Source of the DNA: Ylistrum balloti
Taxonomy: Eukaryota
Reading direction: 5' to 3'
DNA length: 64,000 nt
NCBI RefSeq assembly: GCF_031769215.1
Contig: NW_026781978.1
Coordinates: 1,860,001-1,924,000 of the forward strand
Shown here: one piece after another, positions 40,233 through 54,148 of the stretch
Layout: each line of letters opens with the position of its first letter
Position numbering within the stretch: position 1 is the stretch's first letter
The notes under the pieces: model-generated
Database searches by the model: none
Seen by the model: the letters and a program-made list of their open reading frames with translations, nothing else
Told to the model about the DNA's origin: nothing
Made by a program: the position numbers and the translations under genes

Positions 40233-42019
40233 GTATGTATACATCCATTTTTATTTGAATCACTATGAAAAAAATATAAGTAAATTGATCTTCTATGGTC
40301 TACAACCCTAAAATTAAAACATGGTTGTTATGCCATCCATTGTTCTTTTTGTACTATAATCTAGCTTGTTACCTGTAACTGTTCTATATGTTAACTGGCT
40401 GTCTTATTAGACTTATTGGACAGTCACTTATAAGACAGCTAAAAATAACTCAAGCATTTGGTCTCTCTATTCATATCCTTATAGAAAAATGTAAAAAAAA
40501 AAAGGGATATTAGTAGACACACCCGTTTCAAGATAGCAGGTATATTTAAACTTAACATGGTCAAAATGGAAACATTATTTATCAGTAAGTTAAACCCAGT
40601 TTATTCCAAGAACAGCAAAGTATGTAGTGTGGCAGATGATACAAAGAGCATTAAGACAATCATACATGTATATAAAGACTTTCACATTATTTACAAGATG
40701 ACAATTTCCGAAATTCCCAAGAAAATGGACATACTTCCAGTATTCATGTTGTGCTCTCTAGTGTAAAAGATTATTCATCTGTTTTACAAAACACTTTCAC
40801 TGTTCTGAAGATAATGGAGCTACTTCCTAATATTAATTGAAATACACTTGGCTCATTAAACATTTAGTACTATTTTATTAATTCTATGGGTTGGTGGTGA
40901 AAGAGACATATTGCAACCCAAAAGAGTATTAATCCCATATACAACACACACTTATAAGTTCCAATGACAGAAATTCTGGTTTCTTTGAATATAACATCCT
41001 GTTCTATAGGTAAATCCCTTTTTTTTGCCAATCTACATAAATGAGCTTGAAAAAGCAACACATTTCTGGATTTCAATTGATTTAAGAACATCTTCACCAG
41101 AAAAATATATCCAATTAGCCACATTTTGACCACATTCTAATATGTTGTTTCATTAAAAATATGTTGTCGCAATGGTAAAACATTACTTCAAGTGCTTTTT
41201 ATATTATTCAAATTCATTAGTTGAAAAATGTAGCCTTGGGAAGGAATGTCCTGCTTCACTGTTGGAGGACACCGTGAAAATACATTCACAGAAGTAAACA
41301 ATGCAGACCTAAGCACGCTTTATGTGTTTGCTTCACCATATCAGTGTTATGAATTTATTCATCACATATAACAGCAAAGGTAACAACACTTCTAGTCTGC
41401 TGTGACCCTTAGCTGTGTTATATGTGGTGAAAAACAATAACAAGCTGTTTTAAAAGTTTCCAAATGAAAACAATGGTAAATTACACAATGGATTTAAGTC
41501 TGCTGTCTGAGACAAAGTTTGTGGAACTGTTTTTTATTAAAAAATAAAGGTGTTCTATATTAATACAAATGAGTCCATATTTAAGTTTTACACATGTATT
41601 AGCCTGGAATTACTCAATACTATGGATATGTGAGAGGAAAGATCACAGCCCTGAAAAGCCTCTCTCACATATATCTTTTATAAGTTGTCAAAACAGTTGT
41701 TAATTTCAAGATCAACTCTATTGCTGGTAAAATTAGTCAATGGATATTGATGAGGGTTTAAGATATCAGTTTAATTTACTTTACTCGTGATAAGCCTTAG
41801 CTCCCTTTCAAGACTTTAGGTAATCTGTTTAATATATTGTTACAAAAGTGGATATCTGATTTTAATATGTACCTGCAGGAGCACAACTTGAGGTTCAGAG
41901 CACCTTGCTTCTTATTTAGTTTTATAGATATTGATTATGACCAATTTGAAATAATATAGTTGTCTCCTAAATTTCAAAAATTGAATCCTGTTACTGTTTT
42001 ATTCTCTTTCACAATGTAG

Positions 42020-42206
42020 GGGCTATACTGGAAAGAAACTGGAAGACAATGTGCAGTGTGAAATATTCCAAACAATTTTAGAGGAAGCTCGAGACTCCTA
42101 CAAAGAAGAAATTGTACATGAACTCTTTAGCAACACACCAGAAGAGCTGGAAGATAATTTAGAAAAAGTGTTATCATGGATTGAGCATTGGAATGCCACT
42201 CACTAG
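42020..42206 (+). CDS. AK6: AK6 exon 4 (stop; protein about 174 aa)
   Basis: tgtAG|G phase 2; GYTGKKLEDNVQCEIFQTILEEARDSYKEEIVHELFSNTPEELEDNLEKVLSWIEHWNATH*. Not in the ORF track. Confidence 0.96.
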
Positions 42207-43029
42207 TTATTATAATACTGCTAGTGATAATATTGTTGTGTAAATTGTTTTAATTGGCCATACAAATTTGTGTTTCCATTCTTTCCTTATTTACTGGAGA
42301 ACTTCATTAACACGGATTTATCAAATTGCTTCACTGATTCTAATGAGTTAAAGGCACTTGATTGATCATCAAAGTGAGTCAAAGTCAGTCATGTGTTCAG
42401 CTTAGTGTTTGTTCAAGCAAGAACTAATTCTGATATGCTAAAAGCAGGTATTCTAGATATTTAGTTAATCCCTATGCAATTTGTATTAGTTTTAGTTGTT
42501 TACCGTGAGCCTTGCAATAGCAATCAAGTTGACAATACTATAAGGCTTGATGGTTGGGTCATCCTGAGTCAACGATGTTAATAATGCTTTAAGTCACTTG
42601 GCACTTTAGAGAGTTGTGTTGCGATGCATACTTCATCGTTTGTATATTACCAATAGACGTTTTTGTCTTCTGCTGGTTTAAATCTTTGAACCAATTTTGA
42701 TGAAATTTTGCTGAAAACTTCCTATGGTCAAAGGTGAACCAATATTAATGGCGGGGCCCAATAGGTCAGATTGACTTAATGCCAAATATCAAAAATCTTC
42801 TCAGGACTCAACTGCAGTAGGATTATGGGTGTTGTATTCAAATTATGATTTTGGTGACCCCATTGTCTCACTTTATTAACCCCTAGGGAAGGGGTGATTT
42901 ACCTTATATACAGGAAACTTAAACATTTGAGTGTAAATTGTTTGATTTCAGATAGAAATAATTCAAACTTAGTTGGAATTTTTTACACATGGGATGGTAG
43001 TTCATGTTACGCATATTTTATATTTACAT

Positions 43030-43309
43030 TACCTGTATCTTGTAATTCAAGTTATACTTTGTTAACGATACCTGTATCTTGTAATTCAAGTTATACTTTG
43101 TTAACGATACCTGTATCTTGTAATTCAAGTTATACTTTGTTAACGATACCTGTATCTTGTAATTCAAGTTATACTCTGTTAACGATACAATTTCTGTGAC
43201 AAGTTACTACAACAAAACCAATAGATTTCCTGTATCTTGTAATTCAAGTTATACTCTGTTAACGATACAATTTCTGTGACAAGTTACTACAACAAAACCA
43301 ATAGATTTC
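43030..43309. repeat. 39-bp tandem repeat (4 copies) overlapping an 80-bp direct duplication
   Basis: TACCTGTATCTTGTAATTCAAGTTATACTTTGTTAACGA four times; an 80-bp block starts at 43149 and again at 43229. Confidence 0.92.
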
Positions 43310-43382
43310 TTAAAACTTCAGCCTCTTCATTAAACAAAAATGTAGTAATATTAATAAGATTCTCCTGTTTTTCAATACGTAT

Positions 43383-43519
43383 CAGGACTCTCACACCCCA
43401 TTTTGGGACTGGGACCAGGGGCCCTTAGAATTGGGGTCTAAATTGGGAAAAAAAGATACTATTTTGCATTGGGAATGAAGCCGAATATCGACCCCAAATC
43501 TGGCAGATCGAGAGCCCTG
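43383..43519. mobile_element. Possible short MITE
   Basis: Ends CAGGACTCTC ... GAGAGCCCTG (9/10 inverted match); no clean target-site duplication. Confidence 0.4.
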
Positions 43520-44302
43520 CATATATATTCCTTAAAAAGATACAGTCAATAAGACGTACACAGTAGTGTCATGATACAGGATCATTATATGTATACAGGT
43601 GTTGGAAAATATTCATCAATTACTTATGTTAAGTATTCATTCATTTTTTATGGTTTTCATGTTTATCATTTGCATTTAGTATGTAATAATATGATATATG
43701 ATAATAATTGCATCTTGAATGGCATACTGGTAAAGTTATTTTATCAGGATAGAATCTATCAACTCAACTTAAATCTGAAATAGAACTTGATTGAAAATAT
43801 AGCCAATGTATGATTTTATATTATGGACACTAGGATACATTTTCTGTTTTTTTTACGAAAATTATTAATTTGTATGGTTTATATTTCTTAAATTATACAA
43901 GGATAGAATTACTTAAATAGTATCAGAGTTTTACACAGTGGGAGACTTGTCCCCTGTATTGTAAGCACCTGATAACCGCTGACTACTAAAATAGCAATTT
44001 ATCAAAGACTCTCATTTCTAAAGTTGGGATTTGATAACTTCTACATTTGTATGTCCATCTTCTCTCCGCTAATTGAAATATTTGATGAATTAAAATGAAT
44101 ACCTCTTTTTTCAAGTTCATGATAAGATAAAATCAAAATGGGATGAATTGTTATTTTTTTCAAGTAAGAATGGCCGCAATATCATCACCAATACTTGTAA
44201 CAGTCTGGTTAACATCAAAATGGAATACAAATACATTTATGTACAAAATGTATATTTGAAGGATGGAGCATCAACGCCAGGAAATCCGTCAATTTAGATT
44301 TT

Positions 44303-44351
44303 ATTGGTTGACATGTTTCAGTTGGCTAGGCCAACCGTCTTCAGAACAAAT
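44303..44351 (-). ncRNA. Minimal type I hammerhead ribozyme motif (Penelope pLTR/retrozyme type)
   Basis: Minus strand: ATTTGTT CTGAAGA C GGTTGGC-CTA-GCCAACT GAA ACATGT C^AACCAAT. Core CUGANGA and GAAA, 7-bp stem II, palindromic stem III, GUC cleavage triplet, stem I with 6 of 7 pairs. Confidence 0.75.
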
Positions 44352-47172
44352 CTACATCGAAAATTGGAAAGCTTAAGTGTAAATTACGGTTCATGAAGTT
44401 GATTGTTCTTATCACATAATATACAATTGTAAAGAGTTACCCGCTAAAGTAAGATCAAAAAGTTACAAGAATTAAAAGTTGTTGAAAGTATATTCTAAAG
44501 AATTAAACTCACATTGGGTTTGTTATCTTTACATAGTCAAAGATGCCATATATACTATACACAGATATAGTTCTGTCTCTCAGATAATAGGGTAGTATGA
44601 ATTAAGAACAGTCTTATATCAAATTATACTTCCATTCTCCCTGTCATTGCTCAAGCAGTTTCTTTTGTTCAAAACTTGACATTTTACAATTGTGTAAACC
44701 ATGTCAGAAGTCACCACTAAAACCAAGTTAAAATAATTTAGCCTGTTCCCAACTTAATTTGTGTACAACTTCTTTCCAGGAGTGGAGTGAGAGGAGTAAT
44801 GTAATTTTGTGCGATACTGTAAAATTGTGGGGGAATTTATTTTCCCTGATTTTGTTGGTACTTTTGAATTCATATGTCCATTAACTGTTGAAATAGTATA
44901 AGTAGATTTAGTTAGCCATATACATATATATCTCCATGAAATAATTTTTTTGGAAAATACACAAATATACCTTTTTACAATACTATGATGTTTGTGTCTA
45001 TTTCATGATTCTAACTAATTTAATAAAAGCATAGAAAAATTCTGTCCTGATCAAAAACTGTTATTTTACAGCTACTCTTTTCACAACAGATTTTTGCTTG
45101 AAGATTTTTTGTGTGACAGCATTGCAGCTTTATTTGTTAAAAACCGTAATTAATATGGATTACTTCCCTTTGTTTTGATTTTAGGTGTTGCATGTGAACT
45201 TCACTTTGATATTGGCAAGCTTTTATGTATGAACCCCTTTGTTTTAACATAAAATAAATTGTTGCGATATCTGCATTTTATTTTGAATGACACTGCAACT
45301 GACTGCAGATAAAAAAGACTTTGTATCACATGCATCATAAATATATATGTATTTGAAATAGATCTTCCAATTCATATTTGTGTTATGATCATGGATGTTT
45401 AGGATACATGTATTTCAAGTAGAATTAATCAATCGGTTTGGAAATATTTTCCTAGTCCCTTTATACTGAATAATACATTAGTACAACTTCTAACCAAGTC
45501 AGAAGGTACTGTCTTCTGCTTCAATGATTACAGTCAATATTCAAGTAGTTTTGTGATGATCTGTTTTATCATTAACGGGAGATCTTGGCTATTCATGTTT
45601 TATTTACATTGGTACAGATTGTGTTAAAACATTTGATTAAAATCACAATGTTGTGAAATTGTAACAGGGTATGGATAGTTGAATTACATGATCACTATTC
45701 AGAGTTTCGATGAAACCTTGTGTTGATAACTTAGAGAATATATGCTTAACTTCTTAGTGTTAAGTTATAAGTATAATGTATAATACAAATCAGGAACATT
45801 TCCATTTTTGTCTTGTTCTTTTATCAATTTATCATGCAAAAAGCTGTTATATTCTAGTATTCTAGCTGCAAGTTCTTATATATACAAAATTACATTCTGT
45901 GTTTCTGAGATTGATGTAGAACTTTCACAAAACTAAAGGACTAAGTTGATTGGGGTATATGTATAAAATTAAGTTAAGCAAATTGTAAGGGAACAAGGGA
46001 TGTGCAATACCAGTGTTCTATAAATACTTGCATGGGAATATTGAGTGCTGAAGTGCTAATTGAAAGCAGATGTCCCATTTTATTTCTTTCTTCTCTAAAA
46101 CACTAATAAGGTACCAAACTAAGTGAGATATCTTATGTTAATTAGATTGGACAAACTCTGAAGTCGGTGTTTTGAGAGAAAATTCTAGTGGAGGTCAGTT
46201 CATCCTGGAAATGAAAATGTCCAATGTAATATTTTATGTCTAATCAGTCCAACCGTTGTTAACCGAACCAGCTGGGACAAGTCACTAGCAAGCTGTATAC
46301 AATATTGTTCTATATTCTTGGCCGACATAAGCGAATATCAGACAGTGCCGGTGGATGTTAGATTGCCAAGAAAAGATTGTTGGTTGTTGAGATCTTTGAG
46401 GTCGCCTTTCAGAAATCTTTATCCTGCTTTTCTGTTCAAATCTTGAGTACCGTCAAATTATTATACAACTTATCTAATTCTGATACAAGTTTTTGTGTAT
46501 ATAACGGGCTTCAGCGTCACGTGTGAAAGACCGGCAACGATAATCTAATCTATGTGATGATCTTTTGAAGTATAATCATGTTGCATATTTATTTATCGAG
46601 GATAAGAAACCTTGACACGGTTATTTTTCATACGGTTTTCAGGACGCTGACAGCGTCGTCCGATATTTTGCAAATGACCACACACAAATGCATCTTAAGA
46701 ACGATGGCGCCACTGGTCTTGGAATTTCGTCGCGATATCAAATATCGGTTACTTTGACATTTATCACTAATCTGGTACGACTCCTTTCACAAATATAGCT
46801 TTAAATCAATACACTGCGATCCCGTTCTGGAACTCGGGAGTTTGAAAAAAACGCTCCCTCATTGCTTCCAGACTCTGCATCTTCTATCATCGTGTTGCAG
46901 ACAAGGTAGGAACTCATTTGAAAATAGAAACTTGATCCATTTTCGGAAGGCCAAACGACAGTCAATCCGATACGCCGTTTTAGGGATCGGTTGTTTCAGG
47001 AGATACCAGATGTTAACCCAGTTTGATTTGAACTACTTTAATCAATGATACAAGTCAGTAGAAGAAGACCTCACGGAGTTCATCGATTCAGTTAACAATC
47101 ACAGGGGATTGGCACGATATGTATATATTATAATGACAAGTGTTTCCGTGAGGGGAAATCTGAACACACACG

Positions 47173-47175
<3 letters not shown>

Positions 47176-47212
<37 letters not shown>
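47176..47212. repeat. (TA)n microsatellite
   Basis: Perfect TA run. Confidence 0.97.
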
Positions 47213-47217
<5 letters not shown>

Positions 47218-48364
47218 TCTTTTTAATTCTGTGGGCCTCAGATCATATCTTACATTACCTTTAGTGGGATGATTATCTTTTCAATGAGTGTTTGGTGAAC
47301 CAGATTGGCGAAGTTATAACTGAAAAATGGATAGGTAAACATTTCCTTTTTAGGTTGAACCTTCTTCCCGTCTATAATGGGTACCTCGGTAACTAACTGC
47401 CGCAGTGGCGGTGTACAGTATCCGTGATCACTGTTCACACACTTTGTCCTTTGTTCTGGAAATTCCATTTAAGCATCTAGGTGTTCACTTTCTTGTACAA
47501 CAATCACTATCTTTTTATTTACATGTCGATCACTGGCGCATGCCATGCCCAGTGTCGGTCCTAAAACACTGTCCAATATTACTTGTAATAAATGATTTAC
47601 CCCTCAAGAACAAAACATCTAATTCATTTTTAAAATTTTCTTTAAAAATGTTTAAATTTGCATTTTCTTACACGGCAAAATTAATTTCCTCTCATTCGCC
47701 AAGAAAACGTGCTGACTTTTTACATTGTAACGGATTTCCAGTAGACAATGACAACTCTACAGTTTAATCACCATTGTTTTTTGATAATAGTAATGACTTG
47801 TTATGAACATACGTTATGACACGTTTTTGAGAAGGAATGCATGTAGGAACAAACAATATCGTAAACATGATTTCATGGGAATAACATTTATAATCACAGG
47901 TGTGGCAATATGGCTCTTTATACAATATATGAATAGGTTGGTTTAATGTTAACAACACTATCTGACATTCGTAAAGAGACGGTTTATGAATACTTTTATT
48001 TTCTTATAGTTGTAGGAAAGCGTCAAGTGATTTTGTCTCTTGACAGGAAAAATATGATATTACACGTCATTATCAAATGTCCGATGTGAGAGCCATAATG
48101 CGATATATATTAAGGAAGATACTTATTTTTAGCACATTTTTTTTAAATTGGAAGCTCACGCTTTCCTAATCAAGCAAAGAGTATAAATGGCCAAGTATTG
48201 ATTACACTTCACTACTTAGCGACTTAGTGAGTGTTACATTGTCAGGATGCACTTTTGTCCCTATAACACTCTTATACTGCACCCAGTCTGAGGGACGGAT
48301 GAGGTCTTATCCATTCCATCCCTTTTGGCTGTTAAAATGTGGTAATAAAAATCACTTAGTTGAT

Positions 48365-48760
48365 TCCCCCTTCTTCTCTGTTCGTTTTGATATTCCTCAA
48401 GGGATTCTCTCATCCATTTCCTTCAAGTAGTTCCAGTCCCTGATGTGGTTGTAAATCTTAGGTCTCGGAAAGTTGATTTATTGTATCTGATGCCTTTCGG
48501 ATATTTCTAGTGTTTACTGTGTTTTCTATTGTAACGTTGTCTTTCTGATGTTCCTTGAGTGTGTCCCAAATCTTTATCCAGTTTCACCGATGTAACTTAT
48601 TACATCTGTTGAACGGAATTTGGTAAACCACGCCCGCTTTATGCTGATATGATGTTTTTGTACCCCTTTGACGTAAAGTTTGATGACTGCTGTTTTCTCT
48701 CAAACTTCTCAGCAAAAATACAGTTTTCAATGTTGATGCTAAAGATAAATATATTGAATT
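48365..48760 (-). mobile_element. Decayed Penelope-like element, GIY-YIG endonuclease remnant
   Basis: Across frameshifts: TLRQ...KAGVVYQIP.NRCNK/YIGETG*RFGT/LKEHQKD...NKST..D...NHIRDW...KWMRES...NREEGG, the motif order expected in a PLE endonuclease. Confidence 0.75.
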
Positions 48761-51700
48761 CGTCATCGTCAATAATTAAAGGATAGAAATTAACTTTTCA
48801 GTACTAAAAGCCGAATCGATTGTTCTAGTTCTACCAATATACAGGTTTTGATTATTTTTACGTACAATAAAATGATGACTATGTTTTTTGGCTTAAGTTG
48901 TCTGCAAGATCAATGTGGGGAAAGAATTTTGCAAGGAAGCGTTTCTGTTTCACAGGGGATTTAGGATTTACTTATCGCATAATCCGCTTGTTATGCAGAG
49001 AATTCGTCCATGTGGCTTTTTCCTCATTTTAACTCGTTTTGAATACATCGTATGTAGCTCTCATGTTCGGTATGAAATTACTGATTATGTAATATACCTA
49101 TCAGCTGTCACTCATATATATGTGTGTGTGTGGAAGACTACTACGGACTATATAGTCTCTTTTATCATCATGCGTTCACAATTTAAAGCAAATAACGTTA
49201 TTTCATAAATGAGTTAATCTCCAGGAGTATTTACTTTAAGTGACAGTGTGTTAACACAAGCAATTTACACAAGCTGGTAGTTGATATCTTTCTTTGGAGT
49301 GACAGTTTAAATATAGAGTTCCATTTATCTGAAGTGTTCACGTTTAAATCTCATGTATATCTGTACTTGGCATTTCTTTGTTACCCAGCACCAGGTAGCT
49401 CTTAGTTTGTATAAAAACTCGAGACTCCGGGGAGGTAAGTATTTTGTGTCTCAGACTAATTTAGAGTTTAATTGATCACGAGGCGTTCGTTACCCCTCTG
49501 TTGGTCTAGATAGCCGTATATACAGAGCAAGTCGTCCGTTGAAGGTGTTTTATAAATACAAGGCGATAACTTGTTGAACACCACATCGAGACTATTGTTA
49601 AATCTTTCCAAGATGAGATAGGTAGATAAATTACACTGCCAACGTGGTTAGATTGTTGGAGTGAATATGAGAAATAGCGTTATTGTATAATCCCTGGGTA
49701 ATTTGTATCAGGAAATGCTGGATAGTACATAATTGGATTATTGGTAAGTACAATGATGTAATGACGATAATGTCGTAAAGGTATTTTATTGTAAGTACCA
49801 TGATAATTTACTTGTGTAGCAGTGTCTCTATGAAACTTCTGTTGGCTTGTTTATGTAATATACCACATCTGTTTTTGCCGATCGTGATTTATGGTTTGAT
49901 AGCTTGTTACAATGTATAATTAACGTGAAATAAGACTGTGCATAATAAAAAGTAATAGTATGACACTAACATTATTTGATAAATGTATTAAATTTACATG
50001 AACGAATATTCATTTCAATTTATCTATATTCTCAAGTACATGTTATTTGAACAATGTAAATGGAGTATATTGATGTAGTTATAGAAACTGTATAATGGTA
50101 AATAAAGATAATTCTAATTGTAAGAACCAAATAACCTTTTAATGATGCTTCCATTTAATGGCAATGGTAACCGATTCCACACCATCATGTTCTTTCCCTA
50201 ACATTCTCCATTGCTGTAAACGGGTAAACTAACAGTTATATAACTACATTGTCATCAGCTTCAGGGTCGCTTGATCGTATTGGTGACCTGAGTATTTAGT
50301 TCTATGCACACAGGACGTTAGTTATATGTTAACCAGTTTATCGGTTGGAGTCAAAACGTGCTTCATTTCCGATGTCGATCTTTAAAAAATACATGAAGGG
50401 TAAATAGTATGATTTTTAATGGTCTATCCTGTTATTATCTTGAAAATCTCTGCTGCTCATGCGGACGTACTGGGCTGGTCGATAGCTTCAGTAAGCTGGG
50501 TTATAGAATTTAGTCATTGATCTGCACAAACCATTCGTTCTATGATGACGTTTAGATATATACGACTTTCTGAAGGTAATATTATCTATTGTTTTTGGAG
50601 TTGCCTAGAAACTATATAACATAGTGACACAATAGCTACATAGTAAATATCACCATCATTACTGTAGAAAATTCCTCGGTTAAGTATTTTTTATCAGATA
50701 AGATTGTCAGCATTGGATATTATATCATTCAACAACAAAATTGTGATTACTAGGAGATATATTGTTGACTTTTCATGGCTTCTCTATATTTAAACCAGAC
50801 ATGATAAATAAACGGCATGTACACTGAGAGCTAGTATGTTTAGTCGTGAATGTGTAACCTAGTTTCAATGTATTATCTAAATTTCAATTCGGATGGCTGT
50901 CTACCTTTTTGTTAGCCTGACGTTTTGTATTTAGTGTCCCAACGGATATATAACACAGGTAGTCCACATTCTCACGGAGATTTAAATGTACAATATCGAT
51001 GGTGTTCAATAAGGTTTACAAATACTCTCCTTTTCTTACTACAATTTGTTTTGTGGTTGTATATTGAACTGTGAAAAGCCTGTAGGATGACACTTAACGT
51101 CGTGAACCCCTCCAATAAAATACATATATTATTGTAAAAAAGCAGTTCTTAAAGTACATAGAATGATACGACCATGAAATGAAGGCATTCGAGGTAGAGA
51201 CTGATATTGATAATGTTTGGATGGGTATTGCAGTGACATGAACTTATGTAGGTGGATTTTTAAATGCAAGTCGCATGAAAATGATGACTTAATTGACGTT
51301 GTTCTTTCATGACGATTTTTTATGTGATTAGCAACAAATTATTCATATCAATAGTGATGCATGTTAATGACATCAAATACTGTATTGGTATGTAATCTAT
51401 ATAAAAAATCTGCTATTTTGATTAGTGAGGGACCTTTAAACGTGTAAACAATACAGCATTAGCTCGTCTTAGTACACCTGGGTTTTCTTTTTATACTACC
51501 GTTACACTGCAGAATATCCATGTGCAGATATACATACACATGTATATTGATGTGCTTAAGTCAGCCACTAGAATGGACAGTTTATTTTTTAATTAATATG
51601 TAAAGCTTCACATTTTCAATGCTCCATGCTGCATCTCGCGTTTCCTTCCTAGCCTGTTTGTTTTACTTAAGATTTAATTTTTGTTCTCTGTACAAACCCA

Positions 51701-53595
51701 TACACACTAAATGGGTAATCCAGCTTAATACCTTTGATCCTAATCGCTTTTAGTTATTAACCTTTACGACTCGGGCAACTGCCAAAGATTTCATGAATTG
51801 AGGTCTAGATTCAACAGTCGTTATCATCTAAGATTAAGGTCACTAAAGGTAACTAAATTAAAGGTGTAAAGGTAAAAATACCCAAAACGATAAAGATTAG
51901 GACAGTAGCACTAACAAACTTTTTAACTTAATAGCAATATGATATGTATCATGCCTATTTAAATCTTATCTTCGGTTATGAAGTAGTATTGGTATACATC
52001 GGAGAGCGTGTATCGTTGACGGTGATCGATCTATTGATCGGTAATACGTCAGTCTGATCCTACTTTGTCGCTAATCAAAACAAAACACGAAAATCGCATT
52101 ACAGGTATTGGACGTATCCGAGGGACAGGATATAGATCTTTAGTCGTGGTCATCGTCAGCACTGTAATGAACATGTAATGATGTAGACAGAGAAACGCAA
52201 GTGCTGATTAGAGAATTCTCCTGAAGGATATATCAACATTCATTACACGCACAGTACAGGTAAGATATACGGTGTCCACTTAGATTATGTAATATATAAC
52301 TAGACTATCAATCAAATGCATTTACAATATATATACGAATACCTGTATCATAATCATAGACTTTCAATGGGAGAAAATAATGTTGTAGTGAGAGTTCTAG
52401 AAGGTGGGATTCATAAGTTTCAGTAATTAAATAAATTAAAATACAATGATATTTATTTTGTTAATATATAATGTAGATATACGTCCATCCTCGGCCCCAG
52501 GTGAAAATTGCAACATCGTTTAAAGTACGATTTTCACCTGGGACGAGGGTGATATATGTCCAGCACAATGTTGTGAACTGTACATATGAAACATGGTGTT
52601 ATCTGGCCGGAATGAATATGTTTGGACTATCAAACTACAGAAATATATTTTTATATTGGATATGATTGAATATAAACTACTCAGTTCCCTTAAAATGTAT
52701 ACTAGGCCTCAGCCTGTTGAATTTTTCAATCATCGATAGTTTCTCACATTTTTTTGCCTCATTATATAGCTGACAATATTTTCATGTGAATGAATTTGTG
52801 ATATGGTTTTCATTGTATTAGATATTCGTTAAGAATAACGGTCGAGATTGTCTTCACAAATTATTCTACAATACTATTATGTTAGCGCTGGTGATTGTTA
52901 TCTGCTTCAGGTCACCATACTATCTGTGCTGTATCCAAAGTCCCTATACACCTACAGAGTAATGGATACTCATTTTCTTGACTCTAGAATATCTACTATT
53001 TTTTTAATGTTTTAGAATATATATACTCTGTCTTTAACAATAACTATCAAAATTCAATTTTACGAGGCATCGTTTTTTAATTTCTCGTTTCTATTTCAAA
53101 TACGTAAGGATCTTGTATTTTAAAACATAAAATTACAAATACAAAGATAAAATAAATGCCTGGATTGAAGGCACGTGCCTTAATCGCCTGACATACATAA
53201 GTAACAGACGACTAATTGAGGAATTCAGATATGCGTTTGGATACATGCTGATAACAATCACCAGCCTGCTTAAATAGGAAATAGCAGACAATTAATTACA
53301 AACGGATTAGTAACAATCAGCGCTATAGTATAACACCACATGTAATTCAAACCTAACCACGTACTGATCCCGGTAGGTTTACAGACTTGGCACGCGCCTT
53401 TTCAGTTCAAAATAGAACATCGAGACATTCATTACAAAGACAAAATGGGACTCGTTATAACAGCTCCATTAAATCCAGCCTCTTTTGTCTTGGCCAAAAT
53501 ATAAAACATCTTACCGTTGTTACAGATTTTATTTTCTGAATGAAATGATTATTACTGTTGCATTTATCTGCATTCTTTCAGAATAGGAAAGTAAC

Positions 53596-53805
53596 ATGTC
53601 AGTCATACGTTCTTCTGTGCGGACCCCTCGTCCAAAGATGCCATGGGGTACGATAATTAAGCCTGAATTTGAGATGGGACACCAAAAGATGACAGGTTAC
53701 GAAATAGATCAGACGGTAGAGCGGTTGTACAAAGTTCAAGCTGTAAAAGAGAGGGTTTACGAGAGACCAGGTCCTAAACTTCCTCCTGAGGAAGCAGATG
53801 AAATT
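53596..53805 (+). CDS. Unannotated 110-aa protein, coding exon 1
   Basis: Acceptor ctttcAG just upstream of the ATG, 70 codons, donor ATT|GTAAGT; GC content and composition differ from the AT-rich flanks. Confidence 0.8.
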
Positions 53806-54148
53806 GTAAGTGACACTCCTGTCGTTGGTTTGCAATTTTGTTTTTTTTGTTTTTGTTTTTATGATGTAGAGTCTATCATGAATAAAGGGCCTCTTTAAAA
53901 ATCTTTATATATATATATATAATTCATAATTTTGCATATAAGTCTTCACATAGTATGTTTTCCTTTGTAACCACTGCAGGTATTTGAAGGACTGAATAAT
54001 GTGTTCTGAATGAGCTGATATTTTGTTTGGTATATTCTTTATGTTTTTAAATAAAATATTTGAAATTGATGTGTATTACAATAATAATGTAGTCTCTATA
54101 GTATGTATTGACGAGTATTATGGTTACCCACTGTCACACTTTTTTCAG

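Noticed and set aside
46200-47100. Retroelement gag or RT remnant
   Set aside because: GC-richer and coding-like, but I found no diagnostic motif in any frame.
49405-49445. TATA box plus first exon (TATAAAA ... GGAG|GTAAGT)
   Set aside because: The donor is only about 25 bp from the TATA, leaving no room for a start site and exon.
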